Assembly: GCA_040954595.2 (NCBI GenBank)
Contig: CM082582.2
Span: 6,122,303-6,186,302, forward strand
Origin: Balanoglossus misakiensis
Taxonomy: Eukaryota; Animalia; Hemichordata
DNA: 64,000 nt
Direction: 5' to 3'
Shown: in pieces, positions 44,101-55,949 of the stretch
Position numbering within the stretch: the stretch's first letter is position 1
How the letters are laid out: every line of letters starts with the position of its first letter
Program-made: the position numbers and the translations under genes
The notes under the pieces: model-generated
What the model saw: the letters and a program-made list of their open reading frames with translations, nothing else
Databases searched by the model: none
Told to the model about the DNA's origin: nothing

Positions 44101-45018
44101 GTATCGCAATAACGAGGAAACTTTTTGACGTATAGCCCTGGGGTGGGTAGGGCAATACGATTCTCCCTACGAGTAATTGTAAGCGGCGGGGAAACTCATC
44201 CGCACTAACCTAAAGCTGCGGTTGTTACACTTTTCCTTCACACAAAAATATCCAATTTCGCCCCCTCTACATACAAACCGATATATCGTAAACACAGTAC
44301 AGTCAAATATACCATACTGACGGGATATACTGCCTTGTACATGATAATACTGTTCGAATACACTGTCACTGTAATACATTTTCAAATATGCCGCAACGAT
44401 AGCCACAGTCAAACGTACTCTATAGCACTGTCAAAATGCACACCATCATATAGTGCATGTATGTCTCGTGCAAACATACCCCGTGATTACACGCCCTGGT
44501 ATATGTACGTCCTAGAGATATGGCCAATATCCAAAAGATCTAAATACCTAAAAACCCTGGTAAAGCCCAAACACTTCTCTAACCACATTCCGTCACCTCT
44601 GAACACACATCCTCTCGTTCTACGCCACCAAACGACATGTCCACACGCCCTCATGATAAGAAACAACCCCAAAGCGTACATTCTCCACATACCCCCAAGC
44701 GGATATTCTTCGACATCAGATTGCTTCTGAAATCCCCATTGCCATCACATAAACCTCGCACGAAGCACGCTGACATTCATTGCCCAATGCAACCTGTGTG
44801 TAAATACGATGAACATACCCACATATACACCATGCTAGTGACCAAACACCACCACCGTTCGCTAAAGGATCGTTAAAACGTAACCCTTCTATAGTCCAGT
44901 TTCCCCACAATGAGTGACGTTTATACAATGTACTTACGTGGAGGATTAGGGGGATAAGTAAAAATCCGCACGAACACCTCAGCCCTTTCGCGGAACTTGC
45001 TTTTGGTATCATCATCAT
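8140..45018 (-). CDS. Adhesion GPCR (GAIN/GPS + secretin-like 7TM, ADGRD/ADGRL-like TM region) with Gly-rich N-terminal domain; ~1076 aa, 26 exons
   Basis: Exons in gene order: 44938-45018, 43535-43571, 37327-37797, 36308-36469, 35040-35132, 30739-31068, 29134-29166, 28668-28768, 26121-26312, 22435-22482, 19011-19146, 17602-17748, 15832-15907, 15332-15449, 15079-15128, 14633-14759, 14252-14358, 13996-14098, 13233-13383, 12858-12991, 12459-12544, 12068-12194, 11330-11452, 9308-9392, 8702-8737, 8140-8216. All GT-AG and phase-compatible; total 3231 nt with no internal stop. Terminal exons and microexons are less certain than the GAIN/7TM core. Confidence 0.88.
11330..14358 (-). CDS. 7TM-coding exons of the adhesion GPCR
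   Basis: TM1 [22 protein letters not shown]; TM2 [19 protein letters not shown]; TM3 [27 protein letters not shown]; TM4/ECL2 [18 protein letters not shown]; TM5 [15 protein letters not shown]; TM6 [14 protein letters not shown]; TM7 [21 protein letters not shown]. These are diagnostic class B2 motifs. Confidence 0.96.
13060..13126. repeat. Compound (CAT)n/(CAC)n trinucleotide microsatellite in an aGPCR intron
   Basis: Seen directly. It produces the spurious poly-V/M ORF 12904-13197. Confidence 0.9.
14633..15128 (-). CDS. GPS motif exons of the adhesion GPCR
   Basis: CGFWNFTAL|[38 protein letters not shown]: complete C-x-x-W..W..GC..CxCxHL|T consensus followed by a Stachel-like TNFAVLL. Confidence 0.96.
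24191..26018. mobile_element. Non-autonomous TIR DNA transposon (~1.83 kb) with 4-bp TSD ATTT; possibly Sola1-like
   Basis: Perfect 16-bp TIRs CAGTCAGATCGCACGG (24191-24206) and CCGTGCGATCTGACTG (26003-26018), both flanked by ATTT. Degenerate inverted similarity continues inward (GAAAGT..CCGTTA..AATAGGCCA..GATTTT). Internal 29-bp direct repeat at ~24484 and ~25604. No transposase ORF. Confidence 0.8.
30739..37797 (-). CDS. Gly-rich ectodomain exons of the adhesion GPCR, including a Thr/Ser-rich mucin-like insert
   Basis: Four phase-1 exons encode [74 protein letters not shown]. Codon usage is GC-rich compared with the flanking introns. Confidence 0.85.
37917..38020. repeat. Degenerate CT/(CTGT)n low-complexity tract
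   Basis: Seen directly; intronic, upstream of the 37797 acceptor. Confidence 0.8.
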
Positions 45019-45332
45019 CACGAGTATGGATCACAGCGGTTGGAAAACGGATCGAAAGTCTCTCACACACAGGTAGTGTTCATCAGCGTTTATACGTGCA
45101 ACGTCAAGGTATACTAACGTCTGTACTCATGACAGATTGGCAGCTGCGGAAAACGTCTCGAGGTTGTGTGAACGAACTGATGTATATGTATATCACCGCG
45201 GAAATTATTCTTCATCCAATTTTTTTGGCTCTTGTCTCGGGATATTCATCGTCTCATTACGCCCACTGCAGAGGAACGCCCGTGTAAAACGCTAACAAAG
45301 ATGAATGCTTCCAGTTATCAGAGTGGTCTCTG

Positions 45333-45352
45333 TATATATAATGACTGAGTCA
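45333..45352 (-). promoter_or_regulatory. Candidate core promoter of the adhesion GPCR: AP-1 site plus TATA box
   Basis: The minus strand reads TGACTCA-GTCAT-TATATATA, ~315 bp upstream of the predicted start ATG at 45018. Confidence 0.45.
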
Positions 45353-48031
45353 AGCGCGCGTCTGTCGACCTATACTCGGCGTTGTGTGAGCAACTTCGCC
45401 AAATGTAGCTGATATCACATCGTCACGTGCCCAGAAAATGGGTGCGTGTCTGCAGCCTATGTGGTTCTTACGCATGGATGACTTCTCGATAGGTATAACG
45501 CAGACAGATCTGTGCGACGATGCTCGTCTGAAGTGAAATTTGTTGTTCGAAACAAACGAACTGAGTTATCTGCTCTCTGAGGACTGGCGACGGAATATTT
45601 AAAACGCCAGACTTCACCGACTCAGGTTCAATTCCACCCTCCAGTAGAAAAGAGTCAGGTTACGGCAGCCAATCAGCGAATATTTTTTCTCTCCCTTTTT
45701 TAATTTATGTTCAAACTCATTACTGTTTTCCTCTGCACGGCTTTCCTCCATTACTGGGCATCCGACAACGAACTCGATTTATGTCGCTTAGCAACAGGGA
45801 TCGCGGAGTTCATTAACATAGAAACGGATCGCCGTGAATCACTTGTTTGTATCGACGCGCTGAAGTTACGAACAAGAAGTCGTATTATGAGAGCATAGCC
45901 AACCTGTAAACAAACATAGATCAAGGACCTCTTGAAATTACTTGATATTTCAATAAGAAGCCTAAATGCCGTGTTTGCAAGAAAACGTCCAATTTATTAT
46001 CATAAGAACAAGACAAATTTTGACTTTCACACGTAATTGTGTTACTGAAATATGGGGTTTGTGTCTAACTACATGTATCTCTTTTTTATGCGCCATGTAC
46101 ATTATCCCAGCGATAGGTGTACATGAATGGTCTAATAAATACTATATGATATGATTTATTATGATTTCGACGGTGGTAAATTACCATAAATGCCGATCGT
46201 GATTCGATAAAAGCTTGTGAGATGACACTGGAAAGTTTAACACTCAAAGTTACATTGAATCATGGCCGCCGCGGCATTGCATCTGAGTCAAAGCAAATTG
46301 ATTCCCCGCCACCCAGGTGTCCGCTTCCCTCTGCCGCAAATATTCCAAATTTGCGTTTTCATTTTACGTTTTATGAATTGTTTGATTGCGGTTTTAGTAG
46401 CGGCGTGTTACCCCAATCGGTTAAACTCGGAGTTGACTTGCGCTCGCGCGCGCGGCTCCGGATATTGAAGCGCCCTTATCTCGCAAACAACGCGGGACGA
46501 CGGAGCAGAAGCTTGTTGGACTGTGCAGTCTTCCCTTTTATTTACGACAGTGGTGCTAAAATTAGAATATAGAGTGACACGGAACTGCGATTCTGCTGGA
46601 TCACGGAGGTGTACTCCCTAAAGGAAATTGAAATTGGAATTCTACGGTCAGCGGATCAAAGGATATGCTGACTTAAATAAGTTGACCAAGGTTTTTAATT
46701 TCGCCACAGCCTCCTTTCATCCTCGTGATCGTCTTTACATTACCTCTAAGTTCAGAATTATATTCTGCAAAGCTATGCAGGGCATGAAAGAAACCCCATC
46801 GGTCGTTCTTGTTGTGACTATAGATGAGCCATTTATATTTTTGCTGGTAGTAATCAGCATAGTGTGATTTCTAAAATTCAAATCTATTTCAACTGCCTAC
46901 ATCTAATTAATGTAAGTGACTCCTTGCAAAGCTTATTAAGTCGTCATCTTAGATAAATTTGGACGAGATGTAGTTTGTAAGATAATGGTATTTATCTGAT
47001 CTGACAAATCTGCAATATAACCGTATTGTGATTTTTGTCATCAAATCTTACGAAATAACAGAAAATATAGTTTGAAAAATTATGATTACTGATTGTGATT
47101 ACTGAAAAAGAATATTAAGTAATTACTTTGTATATGGAATCGAGAATTTTCCATATGTAGCTACTAAACTCACACTTTTTAAAAATAAATAACTGTGGGA
47201 TCTTCAAATTTTAGATTCAATGATTAAAATCAGTCACAAAGATGAGGTCGCAGCTTTGCCAGCTTGGTAATAACACGACAGAATGAAACACTTCGACCGC
47301 GGATTTATCAGGTTAGTAACCATTTTGGATAATGTAATATCTAAGTAGACATCCTGCTGTCAGGAAAATTGACTCCGGCGAATTAAGCAATTTCTTGATG
47401 ATTGTGTGCCCTCTGTAAATTGCAGGCGTATAAATGCGCGATGGATGGAAACCCACGTGAGTGAAAGTTCAAATGAAGCTATCTCGGGTAAATGGAATTG
47501 ACACTTACAACTGTTCAACTCGTTTGTCGTGTGTGCGCAGTGTTCTTTGTTCGGATTGGCCATCTCCGCAACGCATGCGTACTATAGTCTTAGCGAGTTT
47601 GCCAAAAAGTGCAACTGTGACTTCCCCATTGCGTGAATTTACCGCAGCCAGCGGGCACGTATCAAATCGCCGGCCGTTTACCATGTACTGTGTCCAATCA
47701 AACTCAGGTCTTTGCAGTTGCCGGCGGAAGCGAAGATAATAACGAAATAATTACTTCGACGAAATTCGATTTACACACGTTACACGCCGTCGATATGCGA
47801 AGCCACTGATGCTAATAAAGATTTAAGATCAGACTTCAGATGCTGGCGAGTCTTGCCTCTTTTCCAATTGATTGACTTAAAATGTGTAATTTCTTCGTTG
47901 CTTGCTTTCGTTTGCTTTGATTCAAATATAGTCTACGGTTATCGCCTGGGTACTCCGCGCTATTTCCGTTGATCGGCTGAAAACGATTTCGAAGTCGTTG
48001 AGGGGCGAATGAAAGGACCGAGCAGGGGTGT

Positions 48032-48069
48032 GTTAAACCATGGAGGTACTAGTACCTCCATGGTTAAAC
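48032..48069. mobile_element. 24-bp palindrome flanked by 7-bp direct repeats; possible P-superfamily excision footprint or minimal MITE
   Basis: GTTAAAC-CATGGAGGTACTAGTACCTCCATG-GTTAAAC seen directly. Confidence 0.55.
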
Positions 48070-48440
48070 TGAGGCATGACGTCACAGAAGTCTAGCGGGC
48101 CAATCTTACGCCGCCATGACTGATGATGAAGGAGGGGGGAGGGGGGGGGGGGGCAACGCACGTTTTTGTGAGCGAATCTTTTTCAGCGAGCGCGGATCTT
48201 ACACTATCAATTGTGGTATTCAAACATATCATTGCTGATGCCATTTGCAAAAAATATGAAGACGACGCTGATTTAATGCCGCTGACGGCGCTATGTTCTT
48301 TCCCGCCGTGGTCGTAATTCAGACATTTCATCACGGTTTATTGGTTTTTAGGTAGTGTGGCGCAATTTCAGGTCTCCAGTAATAGTGATAACTTCTGGTC
48401 TGAGGGGAGCTTTCGTTCCATCGCCACAAAACCACTGCAA

Positions 48441-48443
<3 letters not shown>

Positions 48444-48490
<47 letters not shown>

Positions 48491-48491
48491 G
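48444..48491. repeat. (GA)n microsatellite followed by poly-G
   Basis: Seen directly. Confidence 0.95.
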
Positions 48492-51400
48492 CACTCAGCG
48501 TTGGCTGTACCATCTGGTATTTTTGGTATTTCATCATGATAGGTTCCAAGCAGCTACCCGACAGGAATATTACGACTGTAAATTTTGTTTGTGAGATATT
48601 GCTCATTGGAAATTAGATACGCTATTACCGATCGGTGGACTACAGACAGACTGTCACAGTAGATATGGGAACGGTTGTAAATTTAGACCGGTTCAATCAT
48701 TTTTGCCTTTAAGGTGTAAATGCGTCTGATTAATTTATTATTAGACAAGCGTCCCTTTCGGCGCAATAGCGCCGTGGTTGTGCATGATTACACATCACAT
48801 ATTACGATGTATTAAATATATGGGTTGACTTGATCTTTTGGTTTGGTTTGGTTTGAGTTTGCTGTTTCTGAAATTTTACGCTGGACTGTGACGTTTGGGG
48901 TGTAGTGTGTCTGTATACTACATGTAGTAGCCCTGTCCGCGCCAAAACTGTGTAACGAGAGCCTATAGGACTAAACCCACAGAAACTTGTTTGCAGAGCG
49001 ATACATAGCAACGGCCGCTCAGACATCTCCGCAAAGAGAGTCAAACGCCTCTCAATCGGAGAAAACCGCCCTGTTCACAGCTAGAACGACGCGAATAGCC
49101 TCCTCGTGACGTTCACACTCTCCAGAAATTCCGCAAACAGGAAGTCCTTGCCGCTACTCTCGCTAAACGTCGCAAATCGGTTTCCATTAAATTAGTGTTC
49201 TCCGCTTACTTCTAAGTGACACTAAACGCCCCACAGGATAAAAAAAGGAATCCTATCACAAAGGCGGAGATTTGCCGCTTCGATCGCAGTTCTGACAGAC
49301 ATATTGGAATTATTAACCCACCTTTAAAATAGTCACGGTATACCAAAATATCCCGCTTGTACTTTTCAAAACGTCCATACTTCCAGATTTCCCCCCTAAA
49401 ACTTTTGCCTGGGGCTTTTCCTGGTGAAATTCTTAGGTCTCTTTAATATATCGGCGATCTTTGTGACGTCACCAGGTGTGATGAAGATTGACGACCGCTA
49501 CTCACAACCTGATTTCATTATTTCACCAGGGCTCTTAACAGAACCAGTTTCGTTCTTGCGTTGTGCTGGTTTACCCAAATTTAACGACTTTCATAGGTAG
49601 TGTACTTACGAATACAAGTTAAAGCAACTTTAAGGGCACTTTCTTTATGTACTAAAGACGTTTTATTATAAAATAAATTGTCTTTTTGTTAAACATTCTG
49701 TCCTTTTCCAACGCCATGATTTGTGATATAAAGTCAAGTCTTGTAAGTCACCTTTTCGCGCTAATACAACAAGGAGAACTTTATCGGTTGACAATTTCAC
49801 GGTCAGTGACCGTGACAATTTTCGTACTTTTCCCTGACCGAGCAACAGTTCCGTGCCTGCAAGTTATTTGCGCATGTGCGCACACAAGGAAGCGAAAATG
49901 TCCGTTTCGTGTTGCAGACAAAGACATGGTTAGAGGATAAGTCCACGAGCTTTGCCACGGAAACCATATTCGGCCATATTCGGGTACCAGCGTGACGGCT
50001 GGTATCCTCTTGGCCTGTCAGTCTGGAAACGGATCGGGTAGACAGCTGTATTCTGTTACCCTCAGGCCGAGGAAATATCCTCCCTCCCCCCTCTTTCCTT
50101 CTCCCTGATAATATTTGGCGATGGCATTACCAATAGAGATATGTGCGAAACACCCGTGACTTATCTTGACGTCAAAGTACATTTGATACAAGATCACACC
50201 ACTGTAGTGGGCGAGTGCAACTTTTCTCTTAGTAAAGAACAAACTGTCACCTGCAATCAGTGTTACCGTACAGTGGAGTCTAAAACAGCTTCACGGCGTA
50301 AGCGGTACAATTGCAAATAATTAAATGGTATGTTCCCTTTTACGTGTACGTTTATATTACAACCGGTGTTCTTATAGTGCAATCTGATCTTTGAACGCAT
50401 TGCCGACTAGTGTCCGTACTTCAAAGTCTAGCAACCGAACACGTCAGTCGCCATGGCTTGTTAATACTGTCACGATGTTGGGTATTACAGAAACTCCTGC
50501 CTTCCAACGGGCAAAAAAGTGGCGTCAGACAGCAATACCGCAACCACTTCACCTGTCAAAGACTGTTAGCAATTTCCAAACTTCTCTAGTAGCCAGGATC
50601 TTTCATACGTAGTGGAGTTTCCACTCCGACGGTGTTCGATGCGCAGTGAAGTTGAATAATAGAGATATCTCAAGACAGCGAAACATTCATTTGCTAACTC
50701 AACTTGGCATTCATAACACCACCTGGAGTGTGTGAGAGACTTTTAAACACGGAATAACCGATGGACACCATGAAATAATTATTCAGCTGTCTCTCTTCAC
50801 GTCAGCGCGCCTTGCTCACTTTTTACAGCCGTGCCTGCGCCGGTACTGTTGCGGGGCTTGACTACTCTGGTATATGGCTAAAGTCTGGACAAACTTAGCA
50901 AAACGATCCGCAGGACTATCACCTTGGAGCGTACAGCGTTAGTATAGTTTCAAATTAGTAATATCGCTTATCATCATCTCTGATTCATTACAAAGACTGA
51001 CTGAACCTCCTCGTATACAAGCAACCAAGGTCACTCTCAGAAAACGTTATTTACGAAGCGATTATCCGGCAACTTTATTTCAAAACACATTAAGTAATCG
51101 TTGATCTTATTGTCTGAAAGGCAATTAAGACTGGAAATATGATCCTCTCATGTCGGTGAAAGTACGTAAATCACCTGAACAGACAAAATTAAAGAAGTCG
51201 AAAGATCGTAAAGCTGCGTTTCAGACGGCCGGCTTTTTGCTATACACGTATTAAAACGTTTATCATTTTATCATGTGTGTAATTCATGCTTATTTGCGAC
51301 ACGAGTTTGACGTTGTTAAAGGTCAGTGTGATCTAACCAGTACATTTATTTGACTCTCGAGTGAATAACACATATTTGGGTCTCGAGGAAAAGATAAATA

Positions 51401-51629
51401 ACTACAGTTTATGACGACATAACGGTTAACCATAATCTCCGGGGAAATTCTACATCTACTGTACTTTTTGATGTCCAGGCACATTTCGTGCATTGTGAGG
51501 TGACTGCAAGATTGTGGGGAAACGGCAAAGCACGTGGAAATAGCATTGATTTCATCAATGGCAACCATCATCCGCTTCCCTTCGAGTTTTGCTATATTGA
51601 CTAATTTTGTAGTAATCAGTATTCAATTT

Positions 51630-51675
51630 TGTTGAAAATTGAATTCAAGTCCGGACTTGAATGCATTAGTCAACA
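51630..51675. repeat. 46-bp palindromic element, copy 1
   Basis: TGTTGAAAATTGAATTCAAGTCC|GGACTTGAATGCATTAGTCAACA with a perfect 20-bp core. Related copy at 60818-60862. Confidence 0.7.
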
Positions 51676-52724
51676 ATAACAGCGACTGTTACTGATGTAC
51701 AGCGTTTGTTCAGAAAGCTAAAGTCTGAACATTTCATATACATGTATATCCATTCCGGAGCTTATACATGGGAGAAAAATATTGCTAAAAACAGTTTCGG
51801 TTACTGGGGTCTATTATACATTATTAACCAGCGGCTTCAAATTTTGGTTTCGCTGAGTGTTCACAACACTGGCGTCTCGAGCTCATCTACCAAATTTCTG
51901 ATCACGTCAACACAAATTATCTCGCTTGGATTTTTCATCCGACCATCAAGCCACTTGGCAAGTTCCGCATCCCAATGACTTCCCAGGCTGACACTGTGTT
52001 TAACGTTTAGATCGATGGAGCTGAATATTAGATATCCTTGGGGCTGTGAAGATTGATATCGAAGCAGCATTTTAACTGGTGTAATGCCGACGGCAATTTG
52101 TTCATATCGAGACACAGCTGGAAGTCTAATTTAGCTATTGCGCAAGGAGACGCCTCTCTACAACTGTTGATAGCATGTGTAATTTGAATAGGTACATTGT
52201 AGTAAGATAAAGTGTCTGGTTGCTTTCGTGCGTTGTGGCCAATAAGAACACTTTTCAAATTACCTTACCATAAGCCTATCTTGTGATTTAGTACATGAAT
52301 AATATTTAAACTGTTGAACAATATACTTTAAAAAATATTTTATCAAATTGGCGCTCGTACAATGTAACAATCTTCAGAAAAATAAGAATTTCTGTAACTC
52401 CTACCGCGAGAGGGCGTTATCTTCATTTGGCACCGAAGAATCGCCAATGCGTTATGTTTTGGCATATGGGTCCCAATACAACAGTTATGCGTGGCGAAAA
52501 TCGCCCTTGAGTAAAACACAGGAGTCAACGGTCTACATTTAATCCAAACTTGGCATGTCAAAAGTCTACATGATCAGGCGAAAGGCAAGGAGAGGGGAGC
52601 ATTACCGTGGTACATATATTAGTATACCCTTCCTTCGGCAGACCTGGACCATACGGGTCAGAGGTGATGGATGGTCTTGTTTGCGTTTAAAAGTACAATG
52701 GCTCAAGGACAGGGTTCACGCAAT

Positions 52725-55542
52725 ATGGCTGCCTATGACCTGTGCATCGTCGGCGCAGGCCTGATCGGCTCAGCTGCAGCCAGACACGCTACTCTACTCG
52801 CCCCGAACTTAAAAATTTGCCTGGTGGGACCGAAGGAACCCGAGGTTCGTATATGTATCACTAGAGTGCTATTGGAAGTCCCCTAGTTGATAGTACTTCA
52901 GTGTGTTGCGGGCTTGCTCATATTGGTTTAAGGAGGAGGACCGGGGGTATTGAAAGCCAATAGCCGGTTACGTTGCCTTTCATTACCGGCTATCTTTTGC
53001 AGAAGAAAAGCCTCCCACATCCCTTCTTTATAAGGTCCATTCTAGCCCCATAAGCTACAAAATCCCAGGAGGTTTTCTGCACTTACAGAGAGAGTACATG
53101 TACGTTAATTGTCAGCAGAAGCAGCCTGGCTGTAAAAATCCAACGCGACCATCTATGTATCTTTTCATGTCAGGTGTTTTATGGCACGGTGTCAGTTTGG
53201 TATAGGCTGACGAGAATTAGTGGAGATTGCATGCCACGTGTATTGCTAGACACCAGTAATATTTGTACATTTTTCGTCCTGTTCAAGTGTACTATGCCAA
53301 TAAAAGGAAGTCGCGATGAATAGCGGTGTCTGAGCATTTCTTTGTTAATGCACTGTGAGCGCTTGAATATAACGTTACATAATCAGTCCAGTTACATCGA
53401 TTCAGCCGATTTGATGTTGTGTAGCTAACTCGTCTAGACATACTGATAGTTAGTCACTAGACTATTTGCCCAATAATTTATCTACACGTAGCTGGTCATT
53501 GTACGCATGCACTGATCAGATATTGATGTAGTATGTGTACAATATACCGAGTGCGTTGATTCCACACTCAATTTCAGGATAGACTGACAGCGACGCATGG
53601 AATATATGGCGCCTACTACGACGAGGGCCGGATCACCAGGTCACTGGATCCAGACCCGATCTGGGCTGACCTCGCGGACAGGTCAATCCAAAGATACCGG
53701 GAAATAGAAAGAATGTCAGGTGAGTGTTTGCATTTAAATATTTTGTTTGTATCCTGATATCTGTATAAGACATTCTTCGTATGCATATCACCCAGCCATT
53801 AACCATGACGAAAAAAATTTCATTCTTTGCAGAGATCTTAGATTAAAAAAGCAATGCAATTGGGTCTATTATTATAAGAGTTATCAGAAAGAGTGTTTTT
53901 TTCCCAGAACAATATGAAAACATTTTTCATATACATATTAATTGACATTGAACTCATTTTCTATGGATTTTGGCGATAAGATGCATGTTTTAATTTAGAG
54001 AGAAAACGTGCAACCTAAATCTTTCTATGCTTTAACTTTTAAAGGAGTACAGTTTTTCACGGAGGTTGGCTATATGACAGTTGGTATCAAGGGTCACGCG
54101 TTCCTTCAGAATACAAAGGATAACGCCAAGGATATGAAAGTCAATGTCCAAATATTAGAGAAGAACGATGTAGCTGAGAAATTTCCTTTTCTGTCAATCA
54201 GCAGCAACGAACAAGGCGTCCTGCAGACTGAAAATGCCGGCCACGTCAATCCCCGAGCCCAGGTTACCGCGCAACAAACCGTTGCCCAGAAACAAGGGTG
54301 TGACATCATCGATGACGTAGTCGACAAAGTGACTGAAATCACCCAGGAAGACAGTTCCAAGTGCATGGAGGTCACCACTGCCAAAGGCCGGGTCATGTTC
54401 GCCAGGAAGGTGCTTCTAACCACCGGGGCGTTTACAGGATTCAGGGAGTTACTCCCCCCGGGAAAAGTGCTGGACACAATGTTACGGTCTCAGACTGTCG
54501 TATTTGCAGAGATCACCGATGCAGATGCAGAAAGGCTAAAAGACATGCCCTGTATTATTTGGAAATTCACCCTCCATGATAAATATGATTGCTACATATT
54601 GCCACCCATCAAATACCCCGATGGTAAGTGTGTGCGTAAAATGAAGACTTGAACATATTTTATGTAAATGTAAGTTATGTCCATCTATATGCGGTCTGTT
54701 TCTACAACAAGGCCGCATGATTTGTTTTGATTTCAAGATATTAATTTTCACGTTTTACGCTTATGTTTTCTAGATCTTTTCTGACTAATCTTCCTGGCCA
54801 AGAGGCTGACTAAGAAAAAAACAAATAAAGAAGGGGTTTCCACATAAATTTAATGTGTCATAGCAATGACTATCGATCAGATTGAAACGCCTTTACATTT
54901 TCAGAAAAAAAAATAAAACTGAGATTTGTTTATTTATGTACACTACAGGAAAATACTATTTGAAAATTGGCCACGGTGATAACTTTGAAAAAGAACTGAA
55001 GACTGCAGAGGAAGTCGCTGATTGGTTCAGAACGGAGGGGGACAAGATGGTGTATCAACCACTCCGAGATATATTGTTTGATATCGTGAAAGGTAAAGAC
55101 TGAAGTATCTAAATTTGATTTTGGAAGGACTTTGACTTCGATGGTTGCATAACTACAATGCGAATGTACTATTGGTAAAATACTCGTACGAACACTTAAC
55201 ATAAGACACTGTGTAACTGCAGTGCAGTATAGTAATGAGCTTCTTACAGCTTCTTACATGTACGTTCTCTTTCTTGTCCTAACACTGTCCCATATAGGCG
55301 TATCACCGATTTCCATCCACGGCGATTGTTGTGTAACCACGCACACGCCCACGCACCAACTCTACTGTGACATGGTCACTCCGACTCTTGGAGTGACCGT
55401 CGGGGGCAGCGGTTACGCGGCCAAGTCGGCGGACGAGATCGGGAGAATGGGCGCGAGAATGGTCATCGCTGGCAGATGGGCCCACCATCTACCACAGGAG
55501 AGATTTAAAGCAAGATTTAAAGGGAAATCATCGAAATTATAG
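52725..55542 (+). CDS. FAD-dependent oxidoreductase (DAO / monomeric sarcosine oxidase-like family) with C-terminal PTS1 (SKL); 5 exons, ~409 aa
   Basis: Exons 52725-52844 (alternative in-frame ATG at 52698), 53578-53719, 54045-54623, 54949-55092 and 55298-55542; all GT-AG, phase-consistent, 1230 nt. Rossmann motif YDLCIVGAGLIGSAAARH, then YYDEGRITR, AGHVNPR, KVLLTTGAFT, YILPPIKYPDG and GGSGYAAKSADEIG; ends KSSKL*. Confidence 0.93.
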
Positions 55543-55937
55543 GAGGAAATATACATGTGAGTTTCCGTTTGATTTACGGGGACTCCTGATCAGAAGTTTT
55601 TATCAGAATGGCGTGATACCATTTTATCGTTAAAATAGAGGAAACGTGTACACATTTTAACGATCTGAAGTATTTACAATCAAAAACTAAATGTTTTCCT
55701 TGCAATAAACTCTAGAAACCAGAATCTAACACTTATTTAATTATAACATGAAACAGTAGAACAACATGTTAATGAAATTTGTAATATACACGAATACTGC
55801 CCTTGAGATTGTAATACTGAATCGCTGATGCAACACTGTTTACGGGTTTCAGATAATACCGTAGAAGTCTTTTGTGTTCAAAATAACTTCGTTCTTTGAT
55901 AAATATACACAATGTAGGTGCAATCTAAAGAGAAGGC

Positions 55938-55949
55938 AATAAATTTATT
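55938..55949. terminator. Palindromic AATAAATTTATT: poly(A) signal on both strands between convergent genes
   Basis: AATAAA on + (55938-55943) abuts AATAAA on - (55944-55949). Alternative signals exist at 55704 (+) and 56345 (-). Confidence 0.35.
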
